Below, piece after piece: positions 15,974 to 24,212 of a DNA stretch of 32,000 bases. The position numbers and the translations under genes were made by a program. Origin of the DNA: Nocardioidaceae bacterium. Its GTDB lineage: Bacteria > Actinomycetota > Actinomycetes > Propionibacteriales > Nocardioidaceae. The notes beneath the pieces are model-generated. The model was not told the origin of the DNA, searched no databases, and saw only the letters and a list, made by a program, of their open reading frames with translations. The DNA is taken from positions 771,416-803,415 of the forward strand of contig JAGIBL010000001.1 in NCBI GenBank assembly GCA_017744365.1, written 5' to 3'. Within the stretch, counting starts at the first letter, position 1, and every line of letters starts with the position of its first letter.

Positions 15974-16965
15974 CGCAGGCGCAGGCAGAGCGGCCCGACG
16001 GACTGCTGCGGATCACCACGGAGCGGTACGGGCTCGGCGTGCTCCTGGTTGCGGTGGTGGCGGTGTTCAGCACCCTGCCGCGCACCGGCGACCTGTTCGC
16101 CTCGCACGCCAACTTCACCGTGATCCTCGGCGGCGAGGTGCCGCTGTGCGTGATCGCGATCGCCTTCACGCTGCCGCTCGTGGTCGGCCAGCTCGACCTC
16201 AGCATCGCCTCGATCGCCGGGATGGCCTCGATCGCGGGGACCGCGGCGATGTCCCGGTTCGACCAGCCGCTGGTCGTCGCCATCCTCGTCGCGATCCTGT
16301 TCGGCGCGGCCGCCGGTGCCTTCAACGGCTTCCTCATCGCGGTGCTCGGCCTGGACTGCATCATCGTCACCCTCGCGGTGATGACGGTGATCGCCGGCCT
16401 GGTGCAGTGGTACACCGACGGCATCTCCATCAACACCGGCGTCTCCGCGACGCTGACCGACTTCGGCTCGCTGTCCTGGTTCGGGGTGCCGCGGATCGCC
16501 TTCCTGCTGGTGCTCGTGGTCGGGCTGGTCTGGTACGTCGTCGAGAAGACCCCGTTCGGCCGGCACCTGCGGATGATCGGCAGCAACCGGACCGCGGCCC
16601 GGCTGGTCGGCATCCCGGTGGTGTCCACCACGTTCGCGGTCTTCGTGCTCGCCGGGGCACTGGCCGGCGCCGGTGGCATGCTGCTCACCGCCCGGTCCGG
16701 CGGCGCCAACCCGCAGGAGGGCCCGGGCCTGCTGCTCGCGGCGCTGGCCGCGGTCTACCTGGGCGCGACCACGGTGCAGCCGGGCAAGTTCAACGTCGCC
16801 GGCACCGTCGTCGGCGTCTTCTTCCTGGCGCTGGCCGTCAGCGGGCTCACCCTCGCCGGGGTGCCGCCGTTCGTCAGCCAGCTCTTCGACGGCGGCGCCC
16901 TGCTGGTGGCGGTGGTGCTCTCCCGGTTCCTGGGCCGCAACCGCGTCGGCACGGTGGGGACCTGA
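15970..16965 (+). CDS. Monosaccharide-type ABC transporter permease
   Basis: It has an ATGA overlap with the ATPase. The 331-aa protein is multi-spanning and has GQLDLSIAS and MIGSNRTAARLVGI motifs. Confidence 0.9.
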   Translation: MTQAQAERPDGLLRITTERYGLGVLLVAVVAVFSTLPRTGDLFASHANFTVILGGEVPLCVIAIAFTLPLVVGQLDLSIASIAGMASIAGTAAMSRFDQPLVVAILVAILFGAAAGAFNGFLIAVLGLDCIIVTLAVMTVIAGLVQWYTDGISINTGVSATLTDFGSLSWFGVPRIAFLLVLVVGLVWYVVEKTPFGRHLRMIGSNRTAARLVGIPVVSTTFAVFVLAGALAGAGGMLLTARSGGANPQEGPGLLLAALAAVYLGATTVQPGKFNVAGTVVGVFFLALAVSGLTLAGVPPFVSQLFDGGALLVAVVLSRFLGRNRVGTVGT

Positions 16966-17867
16966 TGACGGCGGCCGGTGAAAACATCGTGTTGACGAGT
17001 GAATTCGACGCTCCGTACGCCTACAGCGCGATCACCGAGCGGCCCCACCGGCCGTTCCCCGGGGGCGCCCGGGTGGCGGTCTGGGTCGGCGTCAACGTGG
17101 AGGCCTACGCCTTCGGCCAGCAGGCGCTCAGCGTCGCTCCGCACGGGCCGTTCATCCCGCCCGACGCGATGAGCTACTCCTGGCGCGACTACGGCAGCCG
17201 GGTCGGGATCTTCCGGATGCTCGAGGCGATGAACGCGGCCGGCATCCGCGGCAGCGCGATCACCAACGCCGAGGTGCTGCACCGGTACCCGCCGGTGGTC
17301 GAGGCGATCCGGGCCGCCGGGTGGGACTGGGTCGCGCACGGGCGCAACAACTCGATCCTGCAGACCTCGATGGACCCCGACGCCGAGCGCGCCTACGTCG
17401 CCGAGGTCACCGCGACCTTCACCGAGGTGCTCGGGCTGGCGCCGCGCGGCTGGCTGGGCCCGGCCCGGGTCGCCACCCTGGCCACCAACCAGCTGCTCGC
17501 CGACGCCGGCTACTCCTACGCGCTGGAGTGGAACTGCGACGACCAGCCCTTCGACTTCGACCTCGAGCGCGGCCGGCTCGTCTCGGTGCCCTACTCGACC
17601 GAGGTCAACGACATCATCGCGTTCGTCTTCCGTGGCTCCTCGGGCGCGGAGTTCCGGCAGCTGGTCCTCGACCACGTCGGCACCCTGCGCGCCCAGGGCG
17701 AGCGCTGGCCCTCGGTCCTCGGGCTCAGCGTGCATCCCTTCCTGTGCGGGCAGCCCGCGAAGCTGCCGTACCTGATGGAGGCGCTGGCCGAGGTGGCCGC
17801 GCACCCGGACGTGTGGATGACCACCAGCGACGAGATCGCCGCCTGGTACCGGGAGGAGGGCCGTTGA
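16965..17867 (+). CDS. Polysaccharide-deacetylase-fold protein, PuuE (allantoinase)-like subgroup, copy A
   Basis: It has a TGATG overlap with the permease. It carries YSWRDYGSRVGIFR, the WVAHGRNN, PRGWLGP and VHPFL motifs, and is a clear paralog of 28409..29305. Confidence 0.8.
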   Translation: MTAAGENIVLTSEFDAPYAYSAITERPHRPFPGGARVAVWVGVNVEAYAFGQQALSVAPHGPFIPPDAMSYSWRDYGSRVGIFRMLEAMNAAGIRGSAITNAEVLHRYPPVVEAIRAAGWDWVAHGRNNSILQTSMDPDAERAYVAEVTATFTEVLGLAPRGWLGPARVATLATNQLLADAGYSYALEWNCDDQPFDFDLERGRLVSVPYSTEVNDIIAFVFRGSSGAEFRQLVLDHVGTLRAQGERWPSVLGLSVHPFLCGQPAKLPYLMEALAEVAAHPDVWMTTSDEIAAWYREEGR

Positions 17868-18622
17868 GCGCCTCCTTCGCGGGCCGGCACGCGGTGGTCA
17901 CCGGGGCCGCCAGCGGCATCGGGCGCCGTACGGCGGAAGCACTCGCCGAGCGCGGCGCCACGGTGGCCTGCCTGGACCGCGACGGTGACCGGCTCGAGGA
18001 GGTGGTGGCCGCCCTGGGCGGCGCCGCCACCGGGCACGTCGCCGACGTGACCAGCTCGGCGCAGGTCGACGCCGCCTTCGACGCGGCCGCCGCCACCGCA
18101 TCGCTGGACCTGGTGGTCAACATCGCCGGCGCCGCCTTGATGGGCGCGGTGCACGAGCTCTCCGACGAGGACTGGGCCGACTGCCTGGGCCGGAACCTGA
18201 CCGGCACCTTCTACTGCTGTCGCGCCGCGGTCCGGCACCTCGGCGCGCGCGGCGGGGTGATCGTGAACATGTCGTCCTCGCTGGGCCGGATCGCCGCGCC
18301 GCGGTTCGCGGCCTACAGCGCGGCCAAGGCGGGCGTGCGCGCGCTGACCATGCAGATGGCCCGCGACTACGGCCCGGCGATCCGGGTGAACTCGGTCTCG
18401 CCGGCGGCCACCGACACCCCGGGCGTCCGGTACGCCATCGAGTCCGCTGCGGACCCGGCGGCGGTGGAGGCCGAGATCGCCGGCGGCAACCACATCGCCG
18501 GCCGGCTGGCCACCACCGACGAGGTGGTCGCCGGGATCCTCTTCGCCGCCTCGGCGGAGTCGTCGTTCATGTTCGGCCACGACCTGGTGCTCTGCGGCGG
18601 CCAGACCACGGTCGCGTACTGA
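17864..18622 (+). CDS. SDR-family oxidoreductase
   Basis: The TTG start follows SD GGGAGGAGGG (17851-17860) and overlaps the upstream stop. It has VTGAASGIG, the catalytic YSAAK and SVSPAATDTP. Confidence 0.85.
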   Translation: MSASFAGRHAVVTGAASGIGRRTAEALAERGATVACLDRDGDRLEEVVAALGGAATGHVADVTSSAQVDAAFDAAAATASLDLVVNIAGAALMGAVHELSDEDWADCLGRNLTGTFYCCRAAVRHLGARGGVIVNMSSSLGRIAAPRFAAYSAAKAGVRALTMQMARDYGPAIRVNSVSPAATDTPGVRYAIESAADPAAVEAEIAGGNHIAGRLATTDEVVAGILFAASAESSFMFGHDLVLCGGQTTVAY

Positions 18623-18644
18623 GTCGCGGACGGAGAGGGAAGAG

Positions 18645-19337
18645 ATGCCAGAACCCTGGGACCACCTACTCGGCGAGCGCGACCGGGCCGTCCTCGCGGC
18701 CAGTGGCTACGGGCAGTCCCGCAAGCTCCGGTCGCCGGCCGCGGTGCTGGTCATCGACCTGACGTTCGACTTCCTCGGCGACCGGCCGGAGCCGATCCTG
18801 GAGTCGGTCACCCGGTTCCCGAACAGCTGCGGCGCCGAGGGCTGGGCCGCGGCCGAGCGGCTCGCGCCGGTGCTGGCCGCGGCGCGCGCGAGCGACGTCC
18901 CGGTCCTGTACACCACCCGCAGCACCGAGCACCCGGTGCTGGAGGAGCTGACCTGGGGTGGCAAGCAGACCAACGCCGGCCGCGCGGCGATGGGGGAGAG
19001 CGCGGCGACCGGCTTCCCGCCCGCCATCGCGCCGCAGCCCGGCGACACCGTGATCGAGAAGACCAAGCCGAGCGCGTTCTTCGACACCCCGCTGCGGCAG
19101 TACCTGGTGCTGCTCGGGATCCGGCAGCTCTTCGTCGCCGGCGCCACCACCAGCGGCTGCGTGCGGGCCACCGTCGTGGACGCGTTCTCGCACGGGTTCC
19201 GCACCGCGGTGCTGGCCGACTGCGTCGCGGACCGGATCGAGGCCTCGCACGCGATCGCCCTGTTCGACCTGCAGGCCAAGTACGCCGACCTGACCGACGC
19301 GGCCACGGCGACCGGCGCGCTGGGGGAGGGCCGGTGA
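18645..19337 (+). CDS. Isochorismatase-like cysteine hydrolase, N-carbamoylsarcosine amidase / maleamate amidohydrolase-type (copy 1)
   Basis: The D-K-C triad context is VLVIDLTFDF, KTKPSAFF and GATTSGCVRATVVDA. Confidence 0.85.
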   Translation: MPEPWDHLLGERDRAVLAASGYGQSRKLRSPAAVLVIDLTFDFLGDRPEPILESVTRFPNSCGAEGWAAAERLAPVLAAARASDVPVLYTTRSTEHPVLEELTWGGKQTNAGRAAMGESAATGFPPAIAPQPGDTVIEKTKPSAFFDTPLRQYLVLLGIRQLFVAGATTSGCVRATVVDAFSHGFRTAVLADCVADRIEASHAIALFDLQAKYADLTDAATATGALGEGR

Positions 19338-20332
19338 GCTCCCTCGCGCTCAGCTACGGCGGCCTGCTCTACCTGGACCGGACCCTGCCGCTCTACCTCG
19401 ACCAGGTCCGCCCGGCCGGGATCGACCTGACCTACGTACCGTTCGACTCGCCCGGTGACCTGTTCCGGCGGCAGTGCCAGTACGCGCAGTTCGAGGTCTC
19501 CGAGCTCTCCGCCTCCAGCTACCTGGCGATGCTCAGCCGCGGCGACGACCGGTTCGTGGCGCTGCCGCTGCCGGTCTCCCGGAACTTCCGGCACAGCCAG
19601 GTCTACGTGCACACCGACGCCGGCATCGCCCGTCCCGAGGACCTGCGCGGCCGCCGCGTCGGCATCCTGGAGTACCAGATGACCGCGGCGCTGTGGATCC
19701 GCGGCTTCCTCGCCGACGACCACGGTGTCACCCCCGACCAGGTCGACTGGCACACCGGCGGCCTGGTCGAGCCGGCCTGGGCCGAGCGCCTCGAGCTGGA
19801 CCTTCCCGAGGGGGTGCGGCTGACGCCGATCCCGGCCGGGGCGACGCTGGAGGCGATGCTCGAGGCCGGCGAGCTGGACGCGCTGGTCACCGTGCAGCCG
19901 CCGCAGCGCTTCGGCCAGGTGCCGCAGCTGCGCCGGCTCTTCGAGGACGCGACCGCGGTCGAGCGCGACTACCACCGGCGCACCGGGATCTTCCCGATCA
20001 TGCACCTGGTCGTCGTACGGCGTGACGTCTACGAGCGGCACCGCTGGGTGGCGCTCGCGCTCTACGAGGCCTTCGCGCGGGCCAAGGCGCAGGGGATGGG
20101 GCGGCTGCGCGCGATCACGGGCCTGGCCGTCGGGCTGCCCTTCCTGGCCGCCGCCCTCGCCGAGGTCGACGAGGCCTTCGCCGGCGACGCCTTCCCGTAC
20201 GGCGTCGAGCCGAACCGGCTCACGCTGCAGAAGCTGAGCGACTACGCCTTCGAGCAGGGCATCGCGGCCCGCCGGGTGCCGGTCGAGGAGATGTTCGCCC
20301 CCGAGACCTACCAGGAGCCGATCGCCCTATGA
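19334..20332 (+). CDS. PhtD-like protein (family annotated as 4,5-dihydroxyphthalate decarboxylase; cytosolic periplasmic-binding-protein fold)
   Basis: It has a GTGA overlap and no signal peptide. It carries the motifs FEVSELSASSYL, FVALPLPVSRNFRHSQVYV, LRGRRVGILEYQMTAALWIRG and IFPIMH. Confidence 0.7.
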   Translation: MSSLALSYGGLLYLDRTLPLYLDQVRPAGIDLTYVPFDSPGDLFRRQCQYAQFEVSELSASSYLAMLSRGDDRFVALPLPVSRNFRHSQVYVHTDAGIARPEDLRGRRVGILEYQMTAALWIRGFLADDHGVTPDQVDWHTGGLVEPAWAERLELDLPEGVRLTPIPAGATLEAMLEAGELDALVTVQPPQRFGQVPQLRRLFEDATAVERDYHRRTGIFPIMHLVVVRRDVYERHRWVALALYEAFARAKAQGMGRLRAITGLAVGLPFLAAALAEVDEAFAGDAFPYGVEPNRLTLQKLSDYAFEQGIAARRVPVEEMFAPETYQEPIAL

Positions 20333-21897
20333 GCACGCGCAAGCCGCGGATCGCCGTCGTCGCCGGTCCGACCGCGACGATCCTGAACACCCCGCCGCTC
20401 GTGGCCGGCCCGCTGCGCCCGCAACGGCTCGGCGCCGCGACGACGGTGTGGGTCGAGCACCTGAGCGCGCACCCGATGGAGAGCGACCTCGGCGCCCGGC
20501 AGGCCGGACCCGACGGCTACCTGACCGAGGACGGCTCGGTCAGCCCCGAGCGGACCGCCGAGACCGACGTCGCGGTGGTCGCGGTCAGGCTCGACGCCGG
20601 CGCGCTCTACCCGCTGCCGTACACCCCGCGCCCGGCCGACGGCTGGGAGCCGGGCGGCTGGGACGACCCGCGGCAGACGTTCTTCCCGGACGCCTCCCGG
20701 GCCTACGAGGAGATCGACGCGCTGGTCGAGATGGACGGCCGCGACGGCACCCTGAGCGCCCTGGCCGACTTCGTGCACGTCCGGGTGCTGCCCTCGGCCG
20801 GGCGGACCAGCCCGCCGGACTGCGAGCGCCTCGGCCACGACTACTTCCCGTACTGGCCGCCGCACCGCCGCGGCGAGCCCGACCGCGGCGCCCTGGCCCG
20901 GCTGACCAACGAGCTCGGCGCCCTGCTGGCCGGAGGCGAGGTGGACGCGGTCCAGTACCTCGAGGGCAGCGCCAGCATCGAGGAGTCGCTGTACTGGCTG
21001 GCGCTCACCCTCGACACCGACCGGCCCGTCGTCGGGCACTGCGCCCAGGTGCCGCACCAGGCGCTCGGCTCGGACGGCCCGCGCAACATCGTCGACGGCG
21101 TCCTGTACGTCGCCTCCGGTGCCGCGCTCGACGAGGACGGCCGCGACCGGGTCGGCCCGGTGCTGGTCGCCGACGGCCAGGTCTTCGCCGCCCGCGAGGT
21201 GGCCAAGACCGACGGCCGGTACGGCGGCTACCGCGCGACCGGCGGACTCGGCGGCGTGGTCGGAGCCGTGCACAGCTACCGCGGCGTGCACGTGGACCAC
21301 CTCAGCACCCGGCGGCACACCCGGACCTCCGAGCTGACCGTCGCCCGCCTGCCCGCGCAGGTGCGCCACGTGCACGGCCGGCTCGCGACCGGCCTGCGGG
21401 TCGGCACCACGACCGTGAAGGACGCGGCCGGACGGCTGCGCGAGGACGCGGTGCCGTCCGTGCTGGTGCACAAGTACGGCCGCTACACCGGCGATGCCGG
21501 CACCGACTCGGCCCGCGAGCGGGCGGCGCTGTGGGGCTGGATCGAGGCCTACCTGGACGGCGCCACCCGGCCGCTGGGCATCGTGCTGGAGGGCAACCCG
21601 TCGTACGGGCACGCCGACCCGTGGGAGGAGGCTGTGCTCACCACCGCCCTGCACGCCGGCGTCCCGGTGGTGCGCGCCGGGCGTGGCAACGGGTCCGGCT
21701 TCGTGCGGATCCCGCCGATGCCGTTCGCGGCGGCCAGCAACCTGACCGCGGCCAAGGCCCGGATCCTGCTGACCGCGGCGCTGCTCAAGCTGGGCTCGCT
21801 GGAGCCGGCGGCCGACCCGCGGAACCCGACCGAGGCCGAGCGGCAGCGCACCGCCGACCAGCTCGCCGCCTACCAGGAGCTCTTCGATGAGCACTGA
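20329..21897 (+). CDS. Divergent, enlarged asparaginase/glutaminase-fold protein (522 aa)
   Basis: It has an ATGA overlap. The blocks run in the same order as type II asparaginase: RIAVVAGPTATI, YLEGSASIEESLYWLALTLDTDRPVV, LGSDGPRNIVDGV, REVAKTD, GIVLEGNPSYG and NLTAAKARILLTAAL. Confidence 0.75.
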   Translation: MSTRKPRIAVVAGPTATILNTPPLVAGPLRPQRLGAATTVWVEHLSAHPMESDLGARQAGPDGYLTEDGSVSPERTAETDVAVVAVRLDAGALYPLPYTPRPADGWEPGGWDDPRQTFFPDASRAYEEIDALVEMDGRDGTLSALADFVHVRVLPSAGRTSPPDCERLGHDYFPYWPPHRRGEPDRGALARLTNELGALLAGGEVDAVQYLEGSASIEESLYWLALTLDTDRPVVGHCAQVPHQALGSDGPRNIVDGVLYVASGAALDEDGRDRVGPVLVADGQVFAAREVAKTDGRYGGYRATGGLGGVVGAVHSYRGVHVDHLSTRRHTRTSELTVARLPAQVRHVHGRLATGLRVGTTTVKDAAGRLREDAVPSVLVHKYGRYTGDAGTDSARERAALWGWIEAYLDGATRPLGIVLEGNPSYGHADPWEEAVLTTALHAGVPVVRAGRGNGSGFVRIPPMPFAAASNLTAAKARILLTAALLKLGSLEPAADPRNPTEAERQRTADQLAAYQELFDEH

Positions 21898-21928
21898 GCC
21901 GCGCGGTCGGCGGACCTCAGCCGGTCGC

Positions 21929-22474
21929 TCAGCCGGCCTCTTCGTCGCGGACCCGCTCGGCGAACTCCAGGGACACCTCGAGGCGGGAGAGCAGGGTGGC
22001 CAGCTGCTGCTGCTCGGAGGCGGTCAGCCCGCCGAGCATCTTGTTCTGCTCGGCGAAGTGCCGCTCGACGACGAAGTCGATGCGCTGGTGGCCGGCCTTG
22101 GTGAGCTGGACGTAGACGATCCGGCGGTCCTTGGGGTCGCGCACCCGCTCGACCAGGCCGTCGCGCTCGAGCCGGTCGATGCGCTGGGTCAGGCCGCCGG
22201 TGCTGATGAGCCCGACCTGGGCGAGCTGCCCGGCGGTTCGGCGGTAGTCGGGGGCGCTGCGGCGCAGCGAGGCGAGCACGTCGAAGGCCGCCATGGTCAG
22301 GTCGAACTCGGCAAGCACCTCGCTGACCAGGCCGCTGTAGCGGATGTCGCAGCGGTGCAGCCGGCCGAGCACGCCGATGCTGCTCACGTCGAGCGCGGGA
22401 GCCTCCCGGTTCCACTGCTCGATGATCATGTCGACCAGGTCCGTCGGACGTCGGTGCGAGGTCTTCGGCGCCAT
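21929..22474 (-). CDS. MarR-family transcriptional regulator
   Basis: The winged-helix core is AGQLAQVGLISTGGLTQRIDRLERDGLVERVRDPKDRRIVYVQLT. ATG 22474 lies about 5 nt after GGGAG. An alternative start is GTG 22480, as in the ORF track. Confidence 0.9.
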   Translation of the reverse strand: MAPKTSHRRPTDLVDMIIEQWNREAPALDVSSIGVLGRLHRCDIRYSGLVSEVLAEFDLTMAAFDVLASLRRSAPDYRRTAGQLAQVGLISTGGLTQRIDRLERDGLVERVRDPKDRRIVYVQLTKAGHQRIDFVVERHFAEQNKMLGGLTASEQQQLATLLSRLEVSLEFAERVRDEEAG

Positions 22475-22513
22475 CTCCACTCCCTCAGCTCTAAGTATTC
22501 AACGATGAGGATA

Positions 22514-22531
22514 GTCGCACGCTCGTGCGAC
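22514..22531. promoter_or_regulatory. Perfect inverted repeat GTCGCACG-CT-CGTGCGAC in the marR/permease divergent region
   Basis: I read it directly: 8-bp arms and a 2-nt spacer, 40 nt upstream of marR ATG 22474. Confidence 0.35.
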
Positions 22532-22588
22532 CGCTCACGCCCGATGCTTCGGGACAACGGAATTCCCACAGGGATCGATGGTTCCCCC

Positions 22589-22605
22589 AGTTGCTTCGAC
22601 CTAAG
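22589..22605 (+). promoter_or_regulatory. Conserved 17-nt box AGTTGCTTCGACCTAAG (copy 1)
   Basis: It matches 24832-24848 at 15 of 17 positions. It ends 31 nt before ATG 22636. Confidence 0.4.
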
Positions 22606-22635
22606 AGTTGGAGACCGACGAGTTGGAGGTTGGGC

Positions 22636-23433
22636 ATGAGCATCGACACCCGCAGGCTGGCACGGCGGGCGACCCAGGTGGGCAAGCCGCTGGCGCTGTT
22701 CACGGTGCTGGTCGCGATCTGGCAGGTCGTCGTCGACAAGGGCCTGGTCCCGACCGTCGCCCTCGCCTCGCCGAGCGAGGTCCTCGACTACATCGTCACC
22801 CAGCGCGCCCAGTTGTGGACCAACAGCCAGGCCACGATCAAGGAGATCGTGCTGGCCTTCGCGATCGCCTTCGTGGTGGGCGTGGTGCTGGCCATCCTCA
22901 TCAAGGAGTTCCAGATCCTGCACGACGCGCTGCTGCCGCTGCTGGTGGTCACCCAGCTGGTGCCGTCGGTCGCGATCGCGCCGCTGCTGGTGCTGATCCT
23001 CGGCTTCGGCGACGCTCCCAAGATCGCGACCGCGGCGGTGATCGCGTTCTTCCCGATCCTCATCAACACCGTCGCCGGGCTGGACAACGTGGAGAAGGAG
23101 GCGATCGACCTCACCCGCAGCCTGCGCGCCTCCCGGATCCAGACGCTGCGCTACCTCGAGCTGCCCTCGGCGATCCCCTACATGTTCGCCGGCACCCGGA
23201 TCGGCATCACCCTCAGCGTGATCGGCGCGGTCGTCGGCGAGTTCGTCACCGCCGACAAGGGCCTGGGCTACCTGATCCTGCAGGGCAGCTCGACGCTGGA
23301 CCCCACCCTCGTCTTCGCCTCGCTGGTGGTGCTGGCCGGGATCGGGCTGCTGCTCTTCGGTGCCGTCCGGGTCGTGGAGTACTTCGTCGTCCCGTGGAAC
23401 CGGGCCCCGGCCCAGCGAGGAGGCCGGTCATGA
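22636..23433 (+). CDS. NitT/TauT-family ABC transporter permease
   Basis: ATG 22636 lies 6 nt after GGAGG (22625-22629). The 265-aa protein is a multi-spanning BPD-type membrane protein. The upstream 37 codons of the track ORF lie in AT-rich non-coding DNA. Confidence 0.9.
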   Translation: MSIDTRRLARRATQVGKPLALFTVLVAIWQVVVDKGLVPTVALASPSEVLDYIVTQRAQLWTNSQATIKEIVLAFAIAFVVGVVLAILIKEFQILHDALLPLLVVTQLVPSVAIAPLLVLILGFGDAPKIATAAVIAFFPILINTVAGLDNVEKEAIDLTRSLRASRIQTLRYLELPSAIPYMFAGTRIGITLSVIGAVVGEFVTADKGLGYLILQGSSTLDPTLVFASLVVLAGIGLLLFGAVRVVEYFVVPWNRAPAQRGGRS

Positions 23434-24212
23434 GCGCGCTCATCTCGATCACCGGCGTGGCCAAGCGCTACGCCACCGACCGCGGCGAGGTGGTCGCGGT
23501 CCAGGACGTCGACCTCGAGGTGCGGCAGGGCTCGTTCGTCGCGCTGCTCGGGCCGAGCGGCTGCGGGAAGAGCACGCTGCTGCGGATGGTGGCCGGCCTC
23601 GACGCGCCGAGCGAGGGCCGGATCCTGCTCGACGGCCAGGACGTGGTGGCGCCGACGGCGATGGTCGGCTTCATGTTCCAGCACTCGCTGCTGTTCCCGT
23701 GGCGCTCGGTGATCGAGAACGTGCTGCTGCCGGTCGACATAGCCCGGGGCAAGCGGGCCGAGCACCTGGACCGCGCGCACGCGCTGCTGGCCAGCGTCGG
23801 CCTGGAGGAGTTCGCCCACCACCGCCCGAACGAGCTCTCCGGCGGCATGCAGCAGCGGGCGGCGCTGTGCCGGGCGCTGATCGTCGACCCGCCGGTGCTG
23901 CTGCTCGACGAGCCCTTCGGCGCGCTGGACAGCATCACCCGCGAGGAGCTCAACGACCTGCTGCTGCAGATCTGTCACGAGTCGGGGAAGACCACGCTGC
24001 TGGTCACCCACGACGTCGAGGAGGCCGTCTACCTGGCCGACGAGGTGGTGGTGATGTCGAGCCGGCCCGGGCGGATCTCCGACGTCGTCGGCGTCGAGCT
24101 CGGCTATCCCCGCGACACCGAGACCCGCAACCTGCCCGAGTTCCGGGCGCTGGCGACCCGGCTGCGCAAGGGGCTGGGGATCGCGCACCGGCAGGGGAGG
24201 GCGGCCCGGTGA
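23430..24212 (+). CDS. NitT/TauT-family ABC transporter ATP-binding protein
   Basis: It has an ATGA overlap. It carries GPSGCGKST, LSGGMQQRAALCRAL and LLLDEPFGALD. Confidence 0.9.
   Translation: MSALISITGVAKRYATDRGEVVAVQDVDLEVRQGSFVALLGPSGCGKSTLLRMVAGLDAPSEGRILLDGQDVVAPTAMVGFMFQHSLLFPWRSVIENVLLPVDIARGKRAEHLDRAHALLASVGLEEFAHHRPNELSGGMQQRAALCRALIVDPPVLLLDEPFGALDSITREELNDLLLQICHESGKTTLLVTHDVEEAVYLADEVVVMSSRPGRISDVVGVELGYPRDTETRNLPEFRALATRLRKGLGIAHRQGRAAR

Noticed and set aside
16978-17012. A locally AT-richer stretch (gtgaaaacatcgtgttgacgagtgaattcgac) containing TTGACG at the 5' end of PuuE-like gene A
   Set aside because: It lies inside a well-supported coding frame (GENIVLTSEFD). It has no matching -10 or TCTAAG element, so it is most simply explained by N-terminal codon usage.
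21898-21928. Rho-independent terminators at the convergent gene junctions (4465-4467, 9470-9501, 21898-21928, 31879)
   Set aside because: None of these junctions has a GC-rich stem followed by a T-tract. The gaps are 0-31 nt, or the genes overlap.
22559-22580. Short palindromes GGAATTCC (22559-22566) and ATCGAT (22574-22579), and the direct repeat GAGTTGGAG (22605-22613 and 22620-22628), in the marR/permease intergenic region
   Set aside because: They are too short to distinguish from chance. The second GAGTTGGAG copy is simply the SD region. They may still be part of an operator, but I cannot support that from sequence alone.
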